Assembly (NCBI RefSeq): GCF_964188315.1
Contig: NC_135667.1
Span: forward strand, 12,772,001-12,836,000
Length of the DNA: 64,000 nt
Direction of reading: 5' to 3'
Origin: Podarcis muralis
Taxonomy: Eukaryota
Shown here: piece after piece, positions 26,221 through 39,100 of the stretch
Layout of the letters: each line of letters starts with the position of its first letter
How positions within the stretch are numbered: position 1 is the stretch's first letter
The notes under the pieces: model-generated
The model's database searches: none
Seen by the model: only the letters and a program-made list of their open reading frames with translations
What the model was told of the DNA's origin: nothing
Position numbers and translations under genes: made by a program

Positions 26221-26682
26221 AATGCATTCAAAGTTCACATGAATAAACAACAATTGCATTAGTTGGTCTCCATGTCTTGCCAACAGATGGCACCAGCTTT
26301 TATGCATGAGAAACTAAAATCAGACATGGTTTATGTTTCTGCAAGCACGAAAAGACATTTCTAGTTCATTGGCAGTGCTCAATATTAGCTCTTTTTATTC
26401 TTGTGTCTCTTTTTTCTTAACTCATTTTGTCACTATTTCCCTTGCCAAAATGTAAAAAGTTGTGCCAGAAAGGTTATTATATTTCCCCTTCCCTTACTTT
26501 TTGCTCTACAAATGGGAATATAATTTAAGGACAGACATATTTATTCTTGTACTCCACCCCAGTCTCTAAGTGGTGTTAGATTCCCAGGTCTTCAGGCGCT
26601 CAGCCAGGCTTTGTGTTTCATTTTGGAATGAGGCACAGCAGAGACTGTCGCGTTTTTAGTATCTATGGTTTATTTACACATA

Positions 26683-26905
26683 CAGTGGTACCTCGGGTTA
26701 CATACGCTTCAGGTTACACACTCCGCTAACCCAGAAATAGTACCCCGGGTTAAGAACTTTGCTTCAGGATGAGAACAGAAATCATGTGGTGGCGCAGTGG
26801 CAGCGGGAGGCCCCAATAGCTAAAGTGGTGCTTCAGGTTAAGAACAGTTTCAGGTTAAAAACGGACCTCCAGAACGAATTAGGTTCTTAACCCGAGGTAC
26901 CACTG
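26683..26905. mobile_element. Tigger-like MITE, 223 bp
   Basis: TIRs CAGTGGTACCTCGGGTTA...TAACCCGAGGTACCACTG with a TA TSD. Opposite orientation to the 10690 copy. Confidence 0.92.
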
Positions 26906-27815
26906 TATATACGATCTGAGCCTACGATGGAGGGGTTCACAGCATTAGCACCCCTTAAATGTCAAGTTTTTCCTCATACTAGGAGCCTTTACATTCAGAC
27001 AGACATAAAACATTGCTCTTGGACTCTTTCTCCAGTTTGTTGCTTTATTTCTAGGTCACATCACTTCAAACTCTCAACTATAAACCCAGGCTTTGGCCTT
27101 CCAACGAATTGAGGGAAGTGCCCCAACCATTTTGTGTCTCATATAGAGCCCCCTTTCCTTTATTCTCCTAATGGCCCATCACCCAGGCAATCACCTCAAC
27201 ACAGGAAGAAAGCCTGGCTTTTTTTTCTTTTGGTAAAATAATTTTTATTAATTTTCAGTTACAAAAATCCAGTATATGCCACATTATATCAATACGAAGT
27301 TACTCTGCACATATCACATTAACATTAAAAAATAACAAAAAATAAAATGTTTTTACCCCTCCCCCCAGACTTCCCTCCACCCCCTCTTCTATTTCTTTAA
27401 ATAAACCAAATCATCTTACATTCCAGATCCCTTTACCCAATTTCCCCACTACTAAACAATTAAACTTATGATATACTGCACAGATATTTTAAACATTCAA
27501 ACCACTTTTTATATTACACATTGATGCTTACAGACTATTTCCCCTTTTAAAATTATCCTTATCGTTGCTTTTTGCAAGCGTTTAATCCATGTCTGCTGAT
27601 ATCCCGATTTATTTACAACCGCTAGTACCTAATAAATAAATACATAAAAATCCCCAGACTATTACCCATTCTTTTTTCTTACTTTGGCATATTTAAATCT
27701 CCTCTGGAAGGGGCTTCCTATTAGGGCAATTCCCAATTTCAGCCCTCCTACTTCCAAGTTTCTGTCTCCATGGTTGTGATTTCACCAAAATTTCTCTAGC
27801 TATTTCCTGCCTGTA

Positions 27816-28057
27816 CAGTGGTACCTTGGGTTAAGTACTTAATTCGTTCCGGAGGTCCGTACTTAACCTGAAACTGTTCTTAACCTGAAGCACCACTTTA
27901 GCTAATGGGGCCTCCTGCTGCTGCCACGCCGCCAGAGCACAATTTCTATTCTCATCCTGAAGCAAAGTTCTTAACCTGAAGCACTATTTCTGGGTTAGCG
28001 GAGTCTGTAACCTGAAGCGTATGTAACCTGAGGCGTATGTAACCCGAGGTACCACTG
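27816..28057. mobile_element. Tigger-like MITE, 242 bp, nested in the preceding element
   Basis: CAGTGGTACC...GGTACCACTG TIRs with a TA TSD. Same family and length as 10690-10931. Confidence 0.92.
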
Positions 28058-28669
28058 TAGTCTTATTTAAGGCTCCTCAAGAAGCAGCTACCAATTAGGG
28101 CCCTTTCCAATTTCAGCTCCTCTTGTCTTGACACTGGTGATTTTACCAATACTTCCTCAAATGCTTTCTGTGTATACTGCCCTTCAAACCTCCCTACTCT
28201 TTCCTTTCGGGTTTTCTTCATAACCATTAGGCCTTCCCCCTTTACAAACTTTCCCTCCTGTCTTTGCCCAAGAGTCTCCCCTGAGTTTATTCTTCTTGTT
28301 TCTGGTTCTTCCACTGTGTTATTATATTGATCCAATCTGGTAGTGATGGTCTCTGATATCTTAGCCATACTTTCCATAAATTCTCTTTTCCATTGATACA
28401 AAAATGCCATAGTCTCAGCGTCTGAGCTCATCTCTAGCTGCCCTGCTCCCCGACCTTTCATTGTTTTCAGAACAGCCAGTTTCCCCTTTTAGTCCTAATT
28501 AGGTCCAAGGCCATTTAGTACAGTTTCCCAGTAAACACTGGGGAGATCCAGTGCTTTTCCAGGGGAAGCATATTAAAACCACTTGTCCGCTTTTCCAAAA
28601 TGTCTCAGAGTGGGGCACAAAGTCAGGATACTTGCAGACTGCTCCTTAAAGTCTTAATTGAATTTGTTG

Positions 28670-29093
28670 TTGTTGTTGTTGTTGTTTAGTTGTTTAGTCG
28701 TGTCCAACTCTTCGTGACCCCATGGACTAGAGCACGCCAGGCACCTCTGTCCTCCACTACCTCCCGCAGTTTGGTCAAACTCATGCTGGTAACCTCGAAA
28801 ACACTATCCAACCATCTCGTCCTCTGTCGCCCCCTTCTCCTTGTGCCCTCCATCTTTCCTAGAATCAGTGTCTTCTCCAGGGAGTCTTCTCTTCTCATGA
28901 GGTGGCCAAAGTACTGGAGCCTCAGCTTCACGATCTGTCCTTCCAGTGAGCACTCAGGGCTGATTTCCTTAATAATGGATGCGTTTGATCTTCTTGCAGT
29001 CCATGGGACTCTCAAAAGTCTTCTCCAGCACCATAATTCAAAAGCATCAATTCTTCGGCGATCATCCTTCTTTATGGTCCAGCTCTCACTTCC
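28670..29093 (-). mobile_element. RTE-BovB LINE 3' fragment, nested
   Basis: Translation CWRRLLRVPWTARRSN...YFGHLMRR...GVTKSWTRLN with a (CAA)n tail. 13-bp TSD ATTGAATTTGTTG at 28657-28669 and 29094-29106. Confidence 0.93.
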
Positions 29094-30204
29094 ATTGAAT
29101 TTGTTGAGCCAACTACAAACTTCTTCATTCTTTGATTCCCTCCAGCCTGGCTTATATTTTAACACATTCTGGATCCAGGGATTAGAAGGATCTGATATGC
29201 AGCCTACTTCCCTCCGTTCTAGCCCAAATTCGTAACAGTATACAAAATATTAAAGGCTAAAATACACAACAGCAAGAATAAGAACTAGCCCAGGCTCTTC
29301 TGTCATTTTGTTGGTATCCTGCCAACTTATGGTAATTGTCTTTCTCTGCTGCTAATGGCAAATGGTTACGTTTTCCCTAATGTTATATTTAATGAATATA
29401 ACCTTTCCTCTAATTTAAATTGGTGTTTTGAGTCTTCCTTGGTGTGGGTGTGATGGCAAAGCATTTTTACCCAGACTAACAGTGAGATTTACAGTTTTGA
29501 AGAAAGCAAGTGGAGGGGGGGGGGGGGTAGAGGAGAGACAGAGCAGCTCCTTCATGAACTTTACAGCACTTAGTGTTTATATTTTGTGAATGTTTTTATG
29601 TTCAGTTTTAAAGGATTTCTACAGACCAATCCTACAAAATCTCCCACTGAAATGATACAGGGATGTATATTAACACAGCTACACACAGAAAAATAAAATG
29701 GGATTAGACAGTGTAAAACTGCTCATCTCTAGTGCGAATTAGTTGCGGGGAAGAGCATGAGAGCAGAATAGTACAGTGATGAGGCCTAAGAATAACAAAT
29801 GCACAGTTCACGGTGAGCAGAGGAAAATATACAGTAGATCTGGACTTGCTGGGGACTCAGTGCTTTGAAACAGTTCAGGTAGTGGAGATTTTCAGGCAAT
29901 ATATATGCTCAGTGGGCATCTGCACAGCCTACCTTATCTGGGGGCGAAATATGGGGCCCTGGATTGCGCTGGCTGAGGGAACAACTGCCCTGTCCTGTAT
30001 ACATCCCCACAGCAATTTGGGGGCAGGGCTAATATTTAATTGTTGTTTTAAAAGTCATCTCCTTCCCACTTTTTGACTGAAAACGGAGGAGGGTTAAATT
30101 CTGTGGAGTGGTAGCCTGAAGAGGAATCTAGGTGCTTCTCTTCAGGGATACATACAAATCCTTGGACAAATTATTATAGCCAATGATACAGACAGTTGAT
30201 TTCT

Positions 30205-33200
30205 TCAGAATTTTCTTCTTATTAGATGCTCCCTATTGTTCAGCTCAGGCCTCAGCAAAATAATGTAACATTTTGGGGAAAAGATGCAACCCAACAACCC
30301 ACCACTGGAGGCTAAGATAGAGAAGATCTCCACAGCCACCATGTATTTCCCCTTTGTGCTCATGTAGGAAGGAACAAAGGATAACCAAACACTGCAAAAG
30401 ACCAACATGCTGAAAGTGATGAACTTGGCTTCATTGAAACTGTCAGGTAATTTCCGGGCAAGGAAAGCCACAGTGAAACTGACCATAGCTAGGAAGCCCA
30501 TGTAGCCCAAGACACAGTAAAAGAAGGTCACAGTCCCCTCATTGCACTCCAGTACAATTTCTTCAGCCACTGAATTCATATCAACATTAGGGAATGGAGG
30601 AGAGATCACCAGCCACAGAGTGCAGATGAGTGCTTGGATAAGGGAGCAGGAAAGGACAATAGAGTTTTCCAGTCCCTTCCCCACCCACTTCCTCATCCGG
30701 GATCCTGGTTTTGTGGCCATGAAAGCCAGAACCACAGTGATGGTTTTTGCCAGCACACAAGAAACAGCCACTGAGAAGATGATGCCAAAAGCAGTTTGTC
30801 GGAGGAGACATGTCACCTTGTCAGGATATCCGATGAACAGTAATGAGGAAAGGAAGCAAAGCAAGAGGGAGATGAGTAGAGCGTAGGTGAGGTCCCGGTT
30901 GTTGGCTTTCACAACAGGAGTGTCCCTGTGTTTCACAAATATTTCCAGTACCAGTGCTGTAATGAAAGCAAAGGAAAGAGCAGAAGTGGCTAAGCTGAGG
31001 CCCAGAGGTTCTTCAAAGGACAAGAATGTTGTATGCTTAGGAATACATATAGTCTTATTTTTGCTTGGATAGTTTTCATCTTCACATTCGTAGCAGTCAT
31101 TCACGTCTAAGAAAGAAAAGCATGGTTCTTAATCTGAAAAATATGAGCAACATGCCACTGCTTGTAAATACATAATTAAAATGATTAAAAAAGGATACAA
31201 TGAGTTCTGAACAATGGAAATTGAAAATGGTGGAAACTTGTCCTTCTCACATATTGGATGTAAAATACTGATTGAGGCAAAATGCAAGGCCACAGAGAGA
31301 CTTCCTGTTCTCTGGCTAGAAGCCAACTCAAATTAACCTGTCACAGATCTAGTTGCTAACACTTACTTACTCCCTAATTAAGGAGTACAGTGGTACCTCT
31401 GGTTGCAAACGGGATCCGTTCTGCAGGCCCGTTTGCAACATGAAAAGAGCGCAACCCGCAGCAGCGCGTCTGCACACGCACGGGTTGGTAGAAGCACACG
31501 CTTCTCTGCATGCGTGAGTGGCGAATTTGGAAGTAACCCTGAATATAACATGAAGCAGACGTAACCAGAGGTACCACTGTATTTGTGTAATTCAGTCTTT
31601 GCAAATTTCAACATTTGAAAACTTAATCAACACCTTTCAATCAGTTCCTGGATTTAAGTATTTCACACTTCTCCAAACATTACGGCACAATTTTCTGAAG
31701 TATAAGGGCATAAAAATACATGTTTAAATATGTTACCAGAAAATAAACACAGATTCAAATATTTGTAAGAAAATATATATATTCCTAAAGACATTTTGAG
31801 AGAAAATGCAGGAATAAGTATATAATTAAACAAATTAATTATGGGCAAAAATATGTGAAAGTAACAAAAGCTAGAAACAGATTCAGCCATCTGTAGCCAA
31901 AGTGTCAAAACTGATTTCAAGATCTGCTGTAGAGGAAGATATTACATTTAGGTAGCCGTACTATGCCAAGATGATGGCATAATGCAAGCCGGGCATAAAT
32001 TATGACGGCATAAAGTACAGCAGATCTAAAATCCATTCTGAAGCAGGGATGCCACTGGTTGAGCAGTTCAAAGGCTATCAGAGAGAAAACAAGCTTTTAA
32101 AATAGTGTTGGGGTTACACCACCCTTTTCATTAGCTTAATTTAGGCTGGGTTTCCAGGTATTGTGACCAAGCTGAATAACCTTCATGAATTGTATTCTAA
32201 CCCCACCCTGGTCTCAACCCTGATATAAAGGCATATTTTCAGCTGCTACAGAAACCTCCTGGCTCATCTGAAAATCTACTTTATACTAATCTTGTTCAAG
32301 CTGGTGGATCTTGCTATAGGATTCTTCCTTATAACAGCATTCAACATCCACAATCACTAATATTGTGGCTGCTGCCACTCTGCCGTGAGTTTGTGGGGAG
32401 GACCACTCCCCCCTGAAGCCCTTTTCCCACCTTGGGCCTGGGGGCGGGCCCCATACTCCACCTCAGCATATAAGGCTCCAAGGAGGCCTCGGGACATTGC
32501 TGCTGCCGCTCTGCCGTGAGTTTGTGGGGAGGACCTCTCCCCTGCAAGCCCATTCTCCACCTTTGGCCTGGGGGCGGGCCCCATACTCACCTCCACAGCT
32601 TATGGGGCTCCAGGGAGGCCTCGGGTGCGTAGGGTGGGGTGGGTGTTTAGTTGGGTGTGGGAATTTGTTTAATTTAATTATGTTGTGTTTGTAACTTTGT
32701 TTTTTGTTTATATAGTTTTATTGTTCTGTTAGTTTGTTTTTTGTATAGGCTTTAATTTGATTTTAAGGGGAGGGGTCAGGGCTGCCTGGGAGTGGGTCCC
32801 AGCAAACAAAGTGGCTGGGGCAGGTTCCACAGGGGGGGATGCACTCGGACAACCGATCTCAGTGATCATGGGTAGGAGGAGGAGTTACGCTAAGACCAGA
32901 CCATGTCATTACCGAGGAAGCAGGCTTAGTCGTTGTCTGAGGACTATCCCTGCCTCCAGGTCTGGTCCTGACCGGAAGGATACTGGAATCAACAAGGGAA
33001 ACCCACATGACCTGAAAGTGTTGCTGTGCAATGCCAGGTCAATGATGAATAAAACCACTGCCATCCACGATCTGATTGTGGATGGAGGATATGACCTGGC
33101 ATGTGTGACAGAGACCTGGTTGGATGAAGCAGATGGGCCCGTCCTTGCCGCTGCTTGCCCACCAGGTTTCTCTTACGCACAGCAATCCAGGACTTGTGGG

Positions 33201-36142
33201 CGGGGAGGGGGGTTGCAGTGATTTTTAGGAAGTCATTAGTTTGCACCAGGCGTCCTATTGGAAAGACCCAGTTCTCTGAGTGCATGTTCTGGAAGTTGGG
33301 CAATAGGGGCAGTACAGGATTCCTATTGGTGTACCGACCTCCCCGCTGCACCAAGGATTCCCTGCCCGAGCTGCTTCAGGTCGTGGCGGATGTCCTCCTG
33401 GAGACACCTAGTTTGGTTGTCCTAGGGGATTTTAACATCCATGCCCGCACGACCTTACAAGGGGCCGCTCGGGACTTCATGGAAAGCATGGCCTCCATGG
33501 GGCTGTCCCTGAATAAGTCTGGCCCAAATCATAGCCACAGGCATGCCTTAGACCTGGTGTTCACCTCTATGGATGTTGGTGATCTGACACTAAGTAAAAG
33601 CGAAACCAAAGAAGTGCCATGGTCAGATCACTTCCTGGTGCAACTGGACTTCTCCGCGACCCTTCCCCTCTGCAGGGAGGCGGGACCGATTCAGATGGTC
33701 CGCCCCCGCCACTTAATGGATCCAAATAATTTCCAGAGAGTGGTAGGGGATGTTTTATCCCAAGTTAATGGCCTTTCAGCTGATTCCCTGGTGGCCCGCT
33801 GGAATGCAGAGTTAACCAGGGCTATTGACTGTCTGGCTCCGAAGCGCCCTCTCCGATTGCATGGAGCCCGGACAGCCCCGTGGTTTTCCACGGATCTGAG
33901 GGCAATGAAACAATCGTTGAGACGGCTAGAGCGCCGGTGGCTGATAACCCATTCTGAATCTGACCGGACACGGGTTAGAGCTCAATGTCGAGCCTACCAA
34001 GTGGCGATAGCGATGGCGAAGAAGACTTTCTTCACCGCCTCTATTGCATCTGCGGAAAACAGCAGCAGGAGACTGCAGCAGGTGGTTCGCAATTTAGCGG
34101 AACCACCTGCGACATCGGGGCCCAGTACGGGCCACATGATCTCCTGCAATGACTTTGCAAAGTTTTTTGCAGATAAAGTCGCTCAGATTCGAGAAGAGGT
34201 AGACTCCACCGTGGGAGCAGGGCTGGGGCGGGAGAGTGCTAGAGTCCTGTCTAGTCAAGTTGTGTGGGATCAATTCCAATCTGTTACCCCGAGGATGTGG
34301 ACAGGCTGCTTGGACGAGTGAAACCAACCACTTGTCTCCTTGATCCTTGCCCATCCTGGCTTATAAAAGCTAGCCGGGAAGGACTGGGCGATGGGCTTCG
34401 GGGGGTGGTGAATGCTTCCCTCCGTGAGGGAGCCTTTCCAGACCCGCTGAAAGAGGCGGTTATTAAACCGCTTCTTTAAAAGCCATCTTTAGATGCGGCC
34501 ACGATAGCCAACTATCGCCCAGTCTCAAATCTTCAATTCTTGGGCAAGGTGATTGAGCGAGTGGTTGCTGAACAACTCCAGGCACGCCTGGAAGAAGCAG
34601 ACCATTTGGATCCCTTCCAGTCGGGATTCAGGCCTCATCATGGGACTGAAACTGCCTTGGTCGCACTGGTTGATGATCTCCGGCGGGCTAGGGACAAAGG
34701 TGAGAGCTGTTTCCTAGTTCTGCTGGATCTCTCAGCGGCGTTTGATACCATCGACCATAACATCCTTCTGGACCGTCTTGAGGGACTGGGAGCTGGGGGC
34801 ACTGTTATACAGTGGTTCCGCTCCTTCCTCCTGGGCCGTGTTCAGAAAGTGGTGGTGGGGGATGAGTGTTCAGACCCCTGGGCCCTCACTTGTGGGGTGC
34901 CTCAGGGTTCTGTCCTCTCCCTCATGCTTTTCAACATCTACATGAAGCCGCTGGGAGAGATCATCAGGGGATTTGGGCTGGGTGTTCATCAGCATGTGGA
35001 TGATACCCAGCTCTACCTCTCTTTCAAATCAGAACCAGTGAAGGCAGTGAAGGTCCTGTGTGAGTGCCTGGAGGCGGTTGGAGGTTGGATGGCGGCTAAC
35101 AGATTGAGGTTGAATCCTGACAAGACAGAAGTACTGTTTTTGGGGGACAGGAGGCGGGCAGGTGTGGAGGATTCCCTGGTCCTGAATGGGGTAACTGTGC
35201 CTCTGAAGGACCAGGTGCGCAGCCTGGGAGTCATTTTGGACTCACAGCTTTCCATGGAGGCACAGGTCAAATCTGTGTCCAGGGCAGCTGTTTACCAGCT
35301 CCACCTGGTACGCAGGCTGAGACCCTATCTGCCTGCGGACTGCCTCGCCAGAGTGGTGCATGCTCTGGTTATCTCCCGCTTGGATTACTGCAATGCGCTC
35401 TACGTGGGGCTACCTTTGAAGGTGACCCGGAAACTACAACTAATCCAGAACGCGGCAGTTAGACTGGTGACTGGGAGCGGCCGCAGAGACCACATAACAC
35501 CGGTCTTGAAAGACCTACATTGGCTCCCAGTACGTTTCCGAGCACAATTCAAAGTGTTGGTGCTGACGTTTAAAGCCCTAAACGGCCTTGGTCCAGTATA
35601 TCTGAAGGAGCGTCTCCACCCCCATCGTTCTACCCGGACACTGAGGTCCAGCACCGAGGGCCTTCTGGCGGTTCCCTCACTGCGAGAAGCCAAGTTACAG
35701 GGAACCAGGCAGAGGGCCTTCTCGGTAGTGGCGCCTTCCCTGTGGAAACCCTCCCACCAGATGTCAAAGAGAACAACAACTACCAGGCTTTTAGAAGACA
35801 TCTGAAGGCAGCCCTGTTTCGGGAAGCTTTTAATGTTTTAATGTTTGATGTATTATAGTATTTTAATATTCTTTTGGGAGCCGCCCAGAGTGGCTGGGGA
35901 AGCCCAGCCAGATGGGCGGGGTATAAATAATAAATTATGATGATGATGATGATAATAATTTATTTATAGTTCTCCCATCTGGCTGGGTTCTCAGAATTGT
36001 AGTCTGAACCAGAGTTTCAACCAGATTCATCCTCCAAACTCATAACAATATATTCAGTATCAGCAAAATCTATTTAGGATTCTCTTCTTCAATTTGTCAT
36101 TTAACATATTCACTTTGAGTGTAACTGGAACCAATTACAAAT

Positions 36143-36184
<42 letters not shown>

Positions 36185-39100
36185 TTTCATTATGTCCCTC
36201 TTCAGCAAGATTTCTCAATATTTCATGAACTGTCAAATGGAACCCTGGTGAATGCATGACTTCATATGGATGTTATCGATTAGAGGCAACAAGCTATAAA
36301 TAAAGACAGTAAATTTCTTACCCTCTTTGTCTGAAATCTTCCCTTCTGGACATGGGATGCAATCGTAGCAGCAAAATGCTTCCCCCTCCTTCACCTTCCT
36401 GCAAAAACCAGGACGGCATCTTTCAGTACATACAGACTTCGGCTGTGTCTAATACACAAATGAAAGAGATATATAAAATAAGTGGACTGAAAGAAAAGCT
36501 AAAAGTGGCAATTAAACTCCTCCTTAAATGGATTTGCAAAAGAACAACAGCATTCACTTCAGGAATTCATTTAATAGCTTGTTTCAATTCTATTTGGACT
36601 CATTTTCTGACGTTTCCCAGTGACTCAATGTGCAAACGCCAATAAATTGTTGTTGTTTTTTGCAGTTACTGTTGTGTTTAGTGATGATTTTAGTATCCTC
36701 TATAATCAGGGCTCTGACTCTGTATGAAAACCTCTTTCTGCCAAAGTGACATTAAAGGGTTGTGGTGGTTTCCCTACTGCAAATTAAGCCTCAAAGTTAT
36801 ACACCTGCTATACTAAAACCTTGAAACATGGCATGCATAATCTGCCTTGGGAGGTGTACAAATGTGTCAAAACTTTATACCAATTTTGTAAAAGGAGCCA
36901 CAGTTTAGAAAGTGCTGAAAATTGACACATGGACTCTTTTAAAACTGAAATATTTATGCCTGCAGTGCATAGGTCTTAACTAGCCAGTCAAAGCCATTAC
37001 CTTGACAAAGGAACTAGTCCAGCAAACTTCCCTTTATTTATTCTCCCCTCACTGGTGCAGGACCCCAGAATTGTAATGTGAACCAGGTTTTCATCCAGAC
37101 TGATCCTCCAAACTCATAACAATATATTCAAGATCAAAATCTATTTAGGATTTACTTCTTCAAGTTGTCAGTTAACATATTCACTTTGAGTGTAACTGGA
37201 ACCAGTATAGAGACTGTGCATTTAGCTTATAACATTAATTCATAGGTTGTGCTATCTTTAATCCAATTTTATAAGGCTGAAGAATGTACAGTGAAATTAT
37301 ACCTGGATATATCTTTGTACCTTATGTTAAAGTCTTCAAAATCACAAATGGCTGATGTTCGCATCCTACCTGGTTAAACCAATGGTGCCATTTTATGGCT
37401 CCCTCATTGATGGTCAACGCTTGCTGTGGAGGAGCCAGGGAATCCACCCCTCCTACCTTCACTCTCTGAAAGGATTGGTTGGAGAAAACGATCCAATTGG
37501 TAATATCAAATCCAGCCAATATCTCCCCATTCTGGTCCAAGGAAATCTTATCCCCAGCACTGTTGTTAAATGAGATATCCCTCAGAAAATGATGAAGCTA
37601 GATAGAAAGAGAAAGTATAGAAAAGGCTTCAATTCAGCAAGAGAAAATAATGATGTTCACTTTCATGGCATGCTTGGAGGAAAGCAGTTTTCTTTTCATC
37701 ATATATATATATGAGATGAAAATCATATATATGATTTTCATCATATATATGAGATGAAAATCTCATATATATATATATGAGATTTAAGCCAAGAATTTGT
37801 CACATTTGGAAGTTCGTTTCAAATTACAGATTCTTAAGATCTCCCGCAGGAAATGCACACACAGCCATGAAAAACTGGGTGCTCTCTTCATTTTGTTGTC
37901 TAAAATATATCACTTTGCTCTCTATAGACTTTATATGCTATTCGATATATTATTCCTTTGATACTCCAACTTCAGTGGTAGATGGGAAATCAGTCCCATG
38001 CTCATCTAAGAGGTTGGTATGAATAGTTGAAGGAAACTTTTAAAATAGTTGAAATAAACTTTTAAAATAATTAAAATTCGCAAGAAATGAAAGGAGAATA
38101 AAATACGTCAACACCCATGTGATTGCGTAGGCTTTCCCAAACAATTAGGTTTTCAGCAGGTGTGTAAATGAATATAGTGATGGTGTCCGTCTGTTGTCAA
38201 TAGGAAGGGAAGTCCAGTAGGCTGAATTTGAACATAGAAAAGCACGTGGAGAAGTTCCCATTTGTCACTATGTGCATTTCAAGAGAGATAAAGCAACTAT
38301 CTCATGGCCAAAGGGCAGTGAATTGAGGAAGTGGCTTTGGGGGAAGGTGGGGAAGATTTCAAGAGCATTGCAGCACCCACATTGCTGACCCCTGCTGTGG
38401 TTGCATAGGGAAAATGACAGTTAACCAAATGGACAGATATAAAAGGCAAACAGAACATGTTTTGCACCTCTTTGAGGAAAGGTGTGCAGTCCAGTACCTG
38501 CCACAGCGGTTTTGTGTGAAACTTCACTCCTCCCCTGATCATTACTGGTCTGTGTTTGCCTCGGGATGTAGACATGGCATGTAAAGCATGGGCCACAGCA
38601 TAGACAGCATTGTAGATGTTGTAGCTGTGGCTGGTCATGCTCATTTCAAAGAAAGGACCAGGAAGATTCTCCAGCTTCTCTTGCCCAGTGCAAACATCTC
38701 CCCTCACACTGCCAACAACTTGATTTGGAAATACACAGCCAAATGCCTGTTGCCAGAAGTCCAAAATGAAGCCATCTCCTTTTGGACTGGAAGGTGTTTT
38801 GCTCTGGACAAATTGATGAAATCCTGGTGGATCATTCGAGTGAGTTGTGAAAGAGAGAACCCCATGGAGTATTTCTGTATCCCAAGTCCGTTGAAAGACA
38901 AAAGAGGTGAGCTCCACCTGGGCTGTCATGATCCACACTTTACCTTTCGGGGTATTTGAACTTTGTTCCAGTTCTGATAGGTAAGGCAACCACCTAAAAA
39001 GTGCCAGAGCATATGATTCTCCATAAGCCAACACCACATTTGCTTTGCTATCATTTATTTTGTCATTTATTTTTGCCCCCAGTTTAAACATATTGTTAAT

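Larger units (their letters stand above)
27221..29143 (-). mobile_element. Poly-A-tailed, TSD-bounded L1-like or non-autonomous retroelement carrying two nested insertions
   Basis: 10-bp TSD AGCCTGGCTT at 27211-27220 and 29144-29153. T-rich tail and AATAAA (minus strand, 27244-27249) at the left end. Degenerate ORF 28063-28461. No RT motifs seen. Empty sites near 16035, 41885 and 52540. Confidence 0.7.

Noticed and set aside
38297-38497. Long C-terminal extensions of exon-3 ORFs in C, D and E (…[15 protein letters not shown]…)
   Set aside because: Read-through past the conserved CAG|GT donor into intron 3. Lengths and stops differ among copies, so there is no support for a conserved secreted isoform from sequence alone.
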